NCBI GenBank assembly: GCA_964016885.1
Contig: OZ024743.1
Span: forward strand, 24,738,001 to 24,802,000
DNA: 64,000 nt
Origin: Eledone cirrhosa
Taxonomy: Eukaryota
Direction: 5' to 3'
Shown piece after piece: positions 13,301-25,400 of this stretch (position 1 is the stretch's first letter; the number at the start of each line of letters is the position of its first letter). A program made the position numbers and the translations under genes. A model generated the notes under the pieces. The model was not told the DNA's origin and did not search any database. It saw nothing but the letters and a program-made list of their open reading frames with translations.

Positions 13301-16140
13301 CCCAACCTTGTTTGCTCTAGTTAACTGGGCTGACAGTTTGTTCTGTCCCTCCTCAGCCATCCCAACCTTGTTTGCTGTAGTTAACAGTGCTGACAGTTGG
13401 TTCTGTCCTTCCTCAGTCATCCCAAACCTTGTTTGCTGTAGTTAACTGTGTTGACAGTTGGTTCTGTCCCTCCTCAGTCATCTCAACCTTGTTTGCTGTA
13501 GTTAACAGTGCTGACAGTTGGTTCTGTCCCTCCTCAGTCATCTCAACCTTGTTTGCTGTAGTTAACTGTGCTGACAGTTGGTTCTGTCCCTCCTCAGTCA
13601 TCTCAACCTTGTTTGCTATAGTTAACAGTGCTGACAGTTGGTTCTGTCCCTCCTCAGTCATCCCAACCTTGTTTTCTGTAGTTAACTGTGCTGACAGTTG
13701 GTTCTGTGCCTCCTCAGTCGTCTCAACCTTGTTTGCTGTAGTTAACTGTGCTGACAGTTGGTTCTGTCTCTCCTCAGTCGTCCCAACCTTGTTTGCTGTA
13801 GTTAACTGTGCTGACAGTTGGTTCTGTCCTTCCTCAGTCATCCCAACCTTGTTTGCTGTAGTTAACTGTTCTGACAGTTGGTTCTGTCCCTCCTCAGTCA
13901 TCCCAACCTTGTTTGCTGTAGTTAACTGTTCTGACAGTTGGTTCTGTCCCTCCTCCGTCATCCCAACCTTGTTTGCTGTAGTTAACTCTGCTGACAGTTG
14001 GTTCTGTCCCTCCTCAGTCATCCCAACCTTGTTTGCTGTAGTTAACTGTGCTGACAGTTGGTTCTGTCCCTCCTCAGTCATCCCAACCTTGTTTGCTGTA
14101 GTTAACTGTGCTGACAGTTGGTTCTGTCCTTCCTCAGTCATCCCAACCTTGTTTGCTGTAGTTAACTGTGCCGACAGTTGGTTCTGTCCCTCCTCAGTCA
14201 TCCCAACCTTGTTTGCTGTAGTTAACTGTGCTGACAGTTGGTTCTGTCCCTCCTCAGTCATCTCAACCTTCTTTGCTGTAGTTAACTGTGCTGACAGTTG
14301 GTTCTGTCCCTCCTCATTCATCTCAACCTTGTTTGCTGTAGTTAACTGTGCTGACAGTTGGTTCTGTCCCTCCTCAGTCATCCCAACCTTGTTTGCTGTA
14401 GTTAACTGTGCTGACAGTTGGTTCTGTCCCTCCTCAATCATCTAAACCTTGTTTGCTGTAGTTAACTGTGCTGACAGTTGGTTCTGTCCCTCCTCAGTCA
14501 TCCCAACCTTGTTTGATATAGTTAACTGTGCTGAAAGTTGGTTCTGTCCCGCCTCAGTCATCCCAACCTTGTTTGCTGTAGTTAACTGTGCTGACAGTTG
14601 GTTCTGTCCCTCCTCAATCATCCCAACCTTGTTTGATGTAGTTAACTGTGCTGACAGTTGGTTCTGTCCCTCCTCAGTCATCCCAACCTTGTTTGCTGTA
14701 GTTAACTGTGCTGAGAGTTGGTTCTGTCCCTCCTCAGTCATCCCAACCTTGTTTGCTGTAGTTAACTGTGCTGACAGTTGGTTCTGTCCCTCCTCAGTCA
14801 TCTCAACCTTGTTTGCTGTAGTTAACTGTGCTGACAGTTGGTTCTGTCCCTCCTCAGTCATCTCAACCTTGTTTGCTGTAGTTAACTGTGCTGACAGTTG
14901 GTTCTGTCCCTCCTCAGTCATCCCAACCTTGTTTGCTGTAGTTAACAGTGCTGACAGTTGGTTCTGTCCCTCCTCAGTCATCCCAACCTTGTTTGCTTTA
15001 GTTAACAGTGCTGACAGTTGGTTCTGTCCCTCCTCAGTCATCCCAACCTTGTTTGCTGTAGTTAACTGTGCTGACAGTTGGTTCTGTCCCTCCTCAGTCA
15101 TCCCAACCTTGTTTGCTGTAGTTAACAGTGCTGACAGTTGGTTCTGTCCCTCCTCAGTCATCTCAACCTTGTTTGCTGTAGTTAACTGTGCTGACAGTTG
15201 GTTCTGTCCCTCCTCAGTCATCCCAACCTTGTTTGCTGTAGTTAACAGTGCTGACAGTTGGTTCTGTCCCTCCTCAGTCATCCCAACATTGTTTGCTGTA
15301 GTTAACTGTGCTGACAGTTGGTTCTGTCCCTCCTCAGTCATCTCAATCTTGTTTGCTGTAGTTAACTGGGCTGACAGTTGGTTCTGTCCCTCCTCAGTCA
15401 TCTCAACCTTCTTTGCTGTAGTTAACTGTGCTGACAGTTGGTTCTGTCCCTCCTCAGTCATCTCTACCTTGTTTGCTGTAGTTAACTGTGCTGACAGTTG
15501 GTTCTGTCCCTCCTCAGTCATCCCAACCTTGTTTGCTGTAGTTAACTGTGCTGACAGTTGGTTCTGTCCCTCCTCAGTCATCCCAACCTTGTTTGCTGTA
15601 GTTAACTGTGCTGACAGTTGGTTCTGTCCCTCCTCAGTCATCCCAACCTTGTTTGCTGTAGTTAACAGTGCTGACAGATGGTTCTGTCCCTCCTCAGTCA
15701 TCCCAACATTGTTTGCTGTAGTTAACTGTGCTGACAGTTGGTTCTGTCCCTCCTCAGTCATCTCAATCTTGTTTGCTGTAGTTAACTGGGCTGACAGTTG
15801 GTTCTGTCCCTCCTCAGTCATCTCAACCTTCTTTGCTGTAGTTAACTGTGCTGACAGTTGGTTCTGTCCCTCCTCAGTCATCTCTACCTTGTTTGCTGTA
15901 GTTAACTGTGCTGACAGTTGGTTCTGTCCCTCCTCAGTCATCCCAACCTTGTTTGCTGTAGTTAACTGTGCTGACAGTTGGTTCTGTCCCTCCTCAGTCA
16001 TCCCAACCTTGTTTGCTGTAGTTAACTGTGCTGACAGTTGGTTCTGTCCCTCCTCAGTCATCCCAACCTTGTTTGCTGTAGTTAACTGTGCTGACAGTTG
16101 GTTCTGTCCCTCCTCAGTCATCCCAACCTTGTTTGCTGTA
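10380..16140 (+). repeat. Tandem higher-order duplication, period 2,881 bp (48 monomers + 1 insertion); related copies start near 17890 and 22090
   Basis: ORF pairs 10506/13387 and 11568/14449 are offset by 2,881. Shared markers are GCTATAG, TCCGTC, GCCGAC, ATCTAAACC, GATATAG, GAAAG, CCCGCC and GAGAG. The same cassette recurs at ORFs 17889 and 22092. Confidence 0.88.
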
Positions 16141-19100
16141 GTTAACTGTGCTGACAGTTGGTTCTGTCCCTCCTCAGTCATCCCAACCTTGTTTGCTGTA
16201 GTTAACTGTGTTGACAGTTGGTTCTGTCCCTCCTCAGTCATCCCAACCTTGTTTGCTGTAGTTAACTGTGCTGACAGTTGGTTCTGTCCCTCCTCAGTCA
16301 TCCCAACCTTGTTTGCTGTAGTTAACTGTGTTGACAGTTGGTTCTGTCCCTCCTCAGTCATCCCAACCTTGTTTGCTGTAGTTAACTGTGCTGACAGTTG
16401 GTTCTGTCCCTCCTCAGTCATCTCAACCTTGTTTGCTGTAGTTAACAGTGCTGACAGTTGGTTCTGACCCTCCTCAGTCATCCCAACCTTGTTTTCTGTA
16501 GTTAACTGTGCTGACAGTTGGTTCTGTGCCTCCTCAGTCATCTCAACCTTGTTTGCTGTAGTTAACTGTGCTGACAGTTTGTTCTGTCCCTCCTTAGTCA
16601 TCCCAACCTTGTTTGCTGTAGTTAACTGTGCTGACAGTTGGTTCTGTCCCTCCTCAGTCATCCCAACCTTGTTTGCTGTAGTTAACTGTGCTGACAGTTG
16701 GTTCTGTCCCTCATCAGTCATCCCAACCTTGTTTGCTGTAGTTAACTGTGCTGACAGTTTGTTCTGTCCCTCCTCAGTCATCTCAACCTTGTTTGCTGTA
16801 GTTAACTGTGCTGACAGTTGGTTCTGTCTCTCCTCAGCCATCCCAACCTTGTTTGCTGTAGTTAACTGTGCTGACAGTTGGTTCTGTCCTTCCTCAGTCA
16901 TCCCATCCTTGTTTGCTGTAGTTAACTGTTCTGACAGTTGGTTCTGTCCCTCCTCAGTCATCCCAACCTTGTTTGCTGTAGTTAACTGTTCTGACAGTTG
17001 GTTCTGTCCCTCCTCAGTCATCCCAACCTTGTTTGCTGTAGTTAACTCTGCTGACAGTTGGTTCTGTCCCTCCTCAGTCATCCCAACCTTGTTTGCTGTA
17101 GTTAACTGTGCTGACAGTTGGTTCTGTCCTTCCTCAGTCATCCCAAACCTTGTTTGGTGTAGTAACTGTGTTGACAGTTGGTTCTGTCCCTCCTCAGTCA
17201 TCTCAACCTTGTTTGCTGTAGTTAACTGTGCTGACAGTTTGTTCTGTCCCTCCTCAGCCATCCCAACCTTGTTTGCTGTAGTTAACTGGGCTGACAGTTG
17301 GTTCTGTCCCTCCTCAGTCATCCCAACCTTGTTTGCTGTAGTTAACAGTGCTGACAGTTGGTTCTGTCCTTCCTCAGTCATCCCAAACCTTGTTTGCTGT
17401 AGTTAACTGTGTTGACAGTTGGTTCTATCCCTCCTCAGTCATCTCAACCTTGTTTGCTGTAGTTAACTGTGCTGACAGTTGGTTCTGTCCCTCCTCAGTC
17501 ATCCCAACCTTGTTTGCTGTAGTTAACTGTGCTGACAGTTTGTTCTGTCCCTCCTCAGCCATCCCAACCTTGTTTGCTGTAGTTAACTGTGCTGACAGTT
17601 TGTTCTGTCCCTCCTCAGCCATCCCAACCTTGTTTGCTGTAGTTAACTGTGCTGACAGTTTGTTCTGTCCCTCCTCAGCCATCCCAACCTTGTTTGCTGT
17701 AGTTAACTGTGCTGACAGTTTGTTCTGTCCCTCCTCAGCCATCCCAACCTTGTTTGCTGTAGTTAACTGTGCTGACAGTTGGTTCTGTCCCTCCTCAGTC
17801 ATCCCAACCTTGTTTGCTCTAGTTAACTGGGCTGACAGTTTGTTCTGTCCCTCCTCAGCCATCCCAACCTTGTTTGCTGTAGTTAACTGTGCTGACAGTT
17901 GGTTCTGTCCTTCCTCAGTCATCCCAAACCTTGTTTGCTGTAGTTAACTGTGTTGACAGTTGGTTCTGTCCCTCCTCAGTCATCTCAACCTTGTTTGCTG
18001 TAGTTAACAGTGCTGACAGTTGGTTCTGTCCCTCCTCAGTCATCTCAACCTTGTTTGCTGTAGTTAACTGTGCTGACAGTTGGTTCTGTCCCTCCTCAGT
18101 CATCTCAACCTTGTTTGCTATAGTTAACAGTACTGACAGTTGGTTCTGTCCCTCCTCAGTCATCCCAACCTTGTTTTCTGTAGTTAACTGTGCTGACAGT
18201 TGGTTCTGTGCCTCCTCAGTCGTCTCAACCTTGTTTGCTGTAGTTAACTGTGCTGACAGTTGGTTCTGTCTCTCCTCAGTCGTCCCAACCTTGTTTGCTG
18301 TAGTTAACTGTGCTGACAGTTGGTTCTGTCCTTCCTCAGTCATCCCAACCTTGTTTGCTGTAGTTAACTGTTCTGACAGTTGGTTCTGTCCCTCCTCAGT
18401 CATCCCAACCTTGTTTGCTGTAGTTAACTGTTCTGACAGTTGGTTCTGTCCCTCCTCCGTCATCCCAACCTTGTTTGCTGTAGTTAACTCTGCTGACAGT
18501 TGGTTCTGTCCCTCCTCAGTCATCCCAACCTTGTTTGCTGTAGTTAACTGTGCTGACATTTGGTTCTGTCCCTCCTCAGTCATCCCAACCTTGTTTGCTG
18601 TAGTTAACTGTGCTGACAGTTGGTTCTGTCCTTCCTCAGTCATCCCAACCTTGTTTGCTGTAGTTAACTGTGCCGACAGTTGGTTCTGTCCCTCCTCAGT
18701 CATCCCAACCTTGTTTGCTGTAGTTAACTGTGCTGACAGTTGGTTCTGTCCCTCCTCAGTCATCTCAACCTTCTTTGCTGTAGTTAACTGTGCTGACAGT
18801 TGGTTCTGTCCCTCCTCATTCATCTCAACCTTGTTTGCTGTAGTTAACTGTGCTGACAGTTGGTTCTGTCCCTCCTCAGTCATCCCAACCTTGTTTGCTG
18901 TAGTTAACTGTGCTGACAGTTGGTTCTGTCCCTCCTCAATCATCTAAACCTTGTTTGCTGTAGTTAACTGTGCTGACAGTTGGTTCTGTCCCTCCTCAGT
19001 CATCCCAACCTTGTTTGATATAGTTAACTGTGCTGAAAGTTGGTTCTGTCCCGCCTCAGTCATCCCAACCTTGTTTGCTGTAGTTAACTGTGCTGACAGT

Positions 19101-22100
19101 TGGTTCTGTCCCTCCTCAATCATCCCAACCTTGTTTGATGTAGTTAACTGTGCTGACAGTTGGTTCTGTCCCTCCTCAGTCATCCCAACCTTGTTTGCTG
19201 TAGTTAACTGTGCTGAGAGTTGGTTCTGTCCCTCCTCAGTCATCCCAACCTTGTTTGCTGTAGTTAACTGTGCTGACAGTTGGTTCTGTCCCTCCTCAGT
19301 CATCTCAACCTTGTTTGCTGTAGTTAACTGTGCTGACAGTTGGTTCTGTCCCTCCTCAGTCATCTCAACCTTGTTTGCTGTAGTTAACTGTGCTGACAGT
19401 TGGTTCTGTCCCTCCTCAGTCATCCCAACCTTGTTTGCTGTAGTTAACAGTGCTGACAGTTGGTTCTGTCCCTCCTCAGTCATCCCAACCTTGTTTGCTT
19501 TAGTTAACAGTGCTGACAGTTGGTTCTGTCCCTCCTCAGTCATCCCAACCTTGTTTGCTGTAGTTAACTGTGCTGACAGTTGGTTCTGTCCCTCCTCAGT
19601 CATCCCAACCTTGTTTGCTGTAGTTAACAGTGCTGACAGTTGGTTCTGTCCCTCCTCAGTCATTCTCAACCTTGTTTGCTGTAGTTAACTGTGCTGACAG
19701 TTGGTTCTGTCCCTCCTCAGTCATCCCAACCTTGTTTGCTGTAGTTAACAGTGCTGACAGTTGGTTCTGTCCCTCCTCAGTCATCCCAACATTGTTTGCT
19801 GTAGTTAACTGTGCTGACAGTTGGTTCTGTCCCTCCTCAGTCATCTCAATCTTGTTTGCTGTAGTTAACTGGGCTGACAGTTGGTTCTGTCCCTCCTCAG
19901 TCATCTCAACCTTCTTTGCTGTAGTTAACTGTGCTGACAGTTGGTTCTGTCCCTCCTCAGTCATCTCTACCTTGTTTGCTGTAGTTAACTGTGCTGACAG
20001 TTGGTTCTGTCCCTCCTCAGTCATCCCAACCTTGTTTGCTGTAGTTAACTGTGCTGACAGTTGGTTCTGTCCCCCCTCAGTCATCCCAACCTTGTTTGCT
20101 GTAGTTAACTGTGCTGACAGTTGGTTCTGTCCCTCCTCAGTCATCCCAACCTTGTTTGCTGTAGTTAACAGTGCTGACAGATGGTTCTGTCCCTCCTCAG
20201 TCATCCCAACATTGTTTGCTGTAGTTAACTGTGCTGACAGTTGGTTCTGTCCCTCCTCAGTCATCTCAATCTTGTTTGCTGTAGTTAACTGGGCTGACAG
20301 TTGGTTCTGTCCCTCCTCAGTCATCTCAACCTTCTTTGCTGTAGTTAACTGTGCTGACAGTTGGTTCTGTCCCTCCTCAGTCATCTCTACCTTGTTTGCT
20401 GTAGTTAACTGTGCTGACAGTTGGTTCTGTCCCTCCTCAGTCATCCCAACCTTGTTTGCTGTAGTTAACTGTGCTGACAGTTGGTTCTGTCCCTCCTCAG
20501 TCATCCCAACCTTGTTTGCTGTAGTTAACTGTGCTGACAGTTGGTTCTGTCCCTCCTCAGTCATCCCAACCTTGTTTGCTGTAGTTAACTGTGCTGACAG
20601 TTGGTTCTGTCCCTCCTCAGTCATCCCAACCTTGTTTGCTGTAGTTAACTGTGTTGACAGTTGGTTCTGTCCCTCCTCAGTCATCCCAACCTTGTTTGCT
20701 GTAGTTAACTGTGCTGACAGTTGGTTCTGTCCCTCCTCAGTCATCTCAACCTTGTTTGCTGTAGTTAACAGTGCTGACAGTTGGTTCTGACCCTCCTCAG
20801 TCATCCCAACCTTGTTTTCTGTAGTTAACTGTGCTGACAGTTGGTTCTGTGCATCCTCAGTCGTCTCAACCTTGTTTGCTGTAGTTAACTGTGCTGACAG
20901 ATGGTTCTGTCCCTCCTCAGTCATCTCAACCTTGTTTGCTGTAGTTAACTGTGCTGACAGTTTGTTCTGTCCCTCCTCAGTCATCTCAACCTTGTTTGCT
21001 GTAGTTAACTGTGCTGACAGTTGGTTCTGTCTCTCCTCAGCCATCCCAACCTTGTTTGCTGTAGTTAACTGTGCTGACAGTTGGTTCTGTCCTTCCTCAG
21101 TCATCCCATCCTTGTTTGCTGTAGTTAACTGTTCTGACAGTTGGTTCTGTCCCTCCTCAGTCATCCCAACCTTGTTTGCTGTAGTTAACTGTTCTGACAG
21201 TTGGTTCTGTCCCTCCTCAGTCATCCCAACCTTGTTTGCTGTAGTTAACTCTGCTGACAGTTGGTTCTGTCCCTCCTCAGTCATCCCAACCTTGTACGCT
21301 GTAGTTAACTGTGCTGACAGTTGGTTCTGTCCTTCCTCAGTCATCCCTAACCTTGTTTGGTGTAGTAACTGTGTTGACAGTTGGTTCTGTCCCTCCTCAG
21401 TCATCTCAACCTTGTTTGCTGTAGTTAACTGTGCTGACAGTTTGTTCTGTCCCTCCTCAGCCATCCCAACCTTGTTTGCTGTAGTTAACTGGGCTGACAG
21501 TTGGTTCTGTACCTCCTCAGTCATCCCAACCTTGTTTGCTGTAGTTAACAGTGCTGACAGTTGGTTCTGTCCTTCCTCAGTCATCCCAAACCTTGTTTGC
21601 TGTAGTTAACTGTGTTGACAGTTGGTTCTATCCCTCCTCAGTCATCTCAACCTTGTTTGCTGTAGTTAACTGTGCTGACAGTTGGTTCTGTCCCTCCTCA
21701 GTCATCCCAACCTTGTTTGCTGTAGTTAACTGTGCTGACAGTTTGTTCTGTCCCTCCTCAGCCATCCCAACCTTGTTTGCTGTAGTTAACTGTGCTGACA
21801 GTTTGTTCTGTCCCTCCTCAGCCATCCCAACCTTGTTTGCTGTAGTTAACTGTGCTGACAGTTTGTTCTGTCCCTCCTCAGCCATCCCAACCTTGTTTGC
21901 TGTAGTTAACTGTGCTGACAGTTTGTTCTGTCCCTCCTCAGCCATCCCAACCTTGTTTGCTGTAGTTAACTGTGCTGACAGTTGGTTCTGTCCCTCCTCA
22001 GTCATCCCAACCTTGTTTGCTCTAGTTAACTGGGCTGACAGTTTGTTCTGTCCCTCCTCAGCCATCCCAACCTTGTTTGCTGTAGTTAACTGTGCTGACA

Positions 22101-22489
22101 GTTGGTTCTGTCCTTCCTCAGTCATCCCAAACCTTGTTTGCTGTAGTTAACTGTGTTGACAGTTGGTTCTGTCCCTCCTCAGTCATCTCAACCTTGTTTG
22201 CTGTAGTTAACAGTGCTGACAGTTGGTTCTGTCCCTCCTCAGTCATCTCAACCTTGTTTGCTGTAGTTAACTGTGCTGACAGTTGGTTCTGTCCCTCCTC
22301 AGTCATCTCAACCTTGTTTGCTATAGTTAACAGTGCTGACAGTTGGTTCTGTCCCTCCTCAGTCATCCCAACCTTGTTTTCTGTAGTTAACTGTGCTGAC
22401 AGTTGGTTCTGTGCCTCCTCAGTCGTCTCAACCTTGTTTGCTGTAGTTAACTGTGCTGACAGTTGGTTCTGTCTCTCCTCAGTCGTCCC

Positions 22490-25400
22490 AACCTTGTTTG
22501 CTGTAGTTAACTGTGCTGACAGTTGGTTCTGTCCTTCCTCAGTCATCCCAACCTTGTTTGCTGTAGTTAACTGTTCTGACAGTTGGTTCTGTCCCTCCTC
22601 AGTCATCCCAACCTTGTTTGCTGTAGTTAACTGTTCTGACAGTTGGTTCTGTCCCTCCTCCGTCATCCCAACCTTGTTTGCTGTAGTTAACTCTGCTGAC
22701 AGTTGGTTCTGTCCCTCCTCAGTCATCCCAACCTTGTTTGCTGTAGTTAACTGTGCTGACAGTTGGTTCTGTCCCTCCTCAGTCATCCCAACCTTGTTTG
22801 CTGTAGTTAACTGTGCTGACAGTTGGTTCTGTCCTTCCTCAGTCATCCCAACCTTGTTTGCTGTAGTTAACTGTGCCGACAGTTGGTTCTGTCCCTCCTC
22901 AGTCATCCCAACCTTGTTTGCTGTAGTTAACTGTGCTGACAGTTGGTTCTGTCCCTCCTCAGTCATCTCAACCTTCTTTGCTGTAGTTAACTGTGCTGAC
23001 AGTTGGTTCTGTCCCTCCTCATTCATCTCAACCTTGTTTGCTGTAGTTAACTGTGCTGACAGTTGGTTCTGTCCCTCCTCAGTCATCCCAACCTTGTTTG
23101 CTGTAGTTAACTGTGCTGACAGTTGGTTCTGTCCCTCCTCAATCATCTAAACCTTGTTTGCTGTAGTTAACTGTGCTGACAGTTGGTTCTGTCCCTCCTC
23201 AGTCATCCCAACCTTGTTTGATATAGTTAACTGTGCTGAAAGTTGGTTCTGTCCCGCCTCAGTCATCCCAACCTTGTTTGCTGTAGTTAACTGTGCTGAC
23301 AGTTGGTTCTGTCCCTCCTCAATCATCCCAACCTTGTTTGATGTAGTTAACTGTGCTGACAGTTGGTTCTGTCCCTCCTCAGTCATCCCAACCTTGTTTG
23401 CTGTAGTTAACTGTGCTGAGACTTGGTTCTGTCCCTCCTCAGTCATCCCAACCTTGTTTGCTGTAGTTAACTGTGCTGACAGTTGGTTCTGTCCCTCCTC
23501 AGTCATCTCAACCTTGTTTGCTGTAGTTAACTGTGCTGACAGTTGGTTCTGTCCCTCCTCAGTCATCTCAACCTTGTTTGCTGTAGTTAACTGTGCTGAC
23601 AGTTGGTTCTGTCCCTCCTCAGTCATCCCAACCTTGTTTGCTGTAGTTAACAGTGCTGACAGTTGGTTCTGTCCCTCCTCAGTCATCCCAACCTTGTTTG
23701 CTTTAGTTAACAGTGCTGACAGTTGGTTCTGTCCCTCCTCAGTCATCCCAACCTTGTTTGCTGTAGGTAACTGTGCTGACAGTTGGTTCTGTCCCTCCTC
23801 AGTCATCCCAACCTTGTTTGCTGTAGTTAACAGTGCTGACAGTTGGTTCTGTCCCTCCTCAGTCATCTCAACCTTGTTTGCTGTAGTTAACTGTGCTGAC
23901 AGTTGGTTCTGTCCCTCCTCAGTCATCCCAACCTTGTTTGCTGTAGTTAACAGTGCTGACAGTTGGTTCTGTCCCTCCTCAGTCATCCCAACATTGTTTG
24001 CTGTAGTTAACTGAGCTGACAGTTGGTTCTGTCCCTCCTCAGTCATCTCAATCTTGTTTGCTGTAGTTAACTGGGCTGACAGTTGGTTCTGTCCCTCCTC
24101 AGTCATCTCAACCTTCTTTGCTGTAGTTAACTGTGCTGACAGTTGGTTCTGTCCCTCCTCAGTCATCTCTACCTTGTTTGCTGTAGTTAACTGTGCTGAC
24201 AGTTGGTTCTGTCCCTCCTCAGTCATCCCAACCTTGTTTGCTGTAGTTAACTGTGCTGACAGTTGGTTCTGTCCCTCCTCAGTCATCCCAACCTTGTTTG
24301 CTGTAGTTAACTGTGCTGACAGTTGGTTCTGTCCCTCCTCAGTCATCCCAACCTTGTTTGCTGTAGTTAACAGTGCTGACAGATGGTTCTGTCCCTCCTC
24401 AGTCATCCCAACATTGTTTGCTGTAGTTAACTGTGCTGACAGTTGGTTCTGTCCCTCCTCAGTCATCTCAATCTTGTTTGCTGTAGTTAACTGGGCTGAC
24501 AGTTGGTTCTGTCCCTCCTCAGTCATCTCAACCTTCTTTGCTGTAGTTAACTGTGCTGACAGTTGGTTCTGTCCCTCCTCAGTCATCTCTACCTTGTTTG
24601 CTGTAGTTAACTGTGCTGACAGTTGGTTCTGTCCCTCCTCAGTCATCCCAACCTTGTTTGCTGTAGTTAACTGTGCTGACAGTTGGTTCTGTCCCTCCTC
24701 AGTCATCCCAACCTTGTTTGCTGTAGTTAACTGTGCTGACAGTTGGTTCTGTCCCTCCTCAGTCATCCCAACCTTGTTTGCTGTAGTTAACTGTGCTGAC
24801 AGTTGGTTCTGTCCCTCCTCAGTCATCCCAACCTTGTTTGCTGTAGTTAACTGTGCTGACAGTTGGTTCTGTCCCTCCTCAGTCATCCCAACCTTGTTTG
24901 CTGTAGTTAACTGTGCTGACAGTTGGTTCTGTCCTTCCTCAGTCATCCCAACCTTGTTTGCTGTAGTTAACTGTGACGACAGTTGGTTCTGTCCCTCCTC
25001 AGTCATCTCAACCTTCTTTGCTGTAGTTAACTGTGCTGACAGTTGGTTCTGTCCCTCCTCATTCATCTCAACCTTGTTTGCTGTAGTTAACTGTGCTGAC
25101 AGTTGGTTCTGTCCCTCCTCAGTCATCCCAACCTTGTTTGCTGTAGTTAACTGTGCTGACAGTTGGTTCTGTCCCTCCTCAATCATCTAAACCTTGTTTG
25201 CTGTAGTTAACTGTGCTGACAGTTGGTTCTGTCCTTCCTCAGTCATCCCAACCTTGTTTGCTGTAGTTAACTGTTCTGACAGTTGGTTCTGTCCCTCCTC
25301 AGTCATCCCAACCTTGTTTGCTGTAGTTAACTGTTCTGACAGTTGGTTCTGTCCCTCCTCCGTCATCCCAACCTTGTTTGCTGTAGTTAACTCTGCTGAC

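Noticed and set aside
19660-19668. Extra T (CATTCTC) as a lineage marker
   Set aside because: It is a singleton absent from sister blocks and cannot be distinguished from a sequencing error.
21345-21350. Telomere-like hexamer CCCTAA
   Set aside because: It is a single occurrence produced by one substitution in a variant monomer, with no tandem telomeric repeat.
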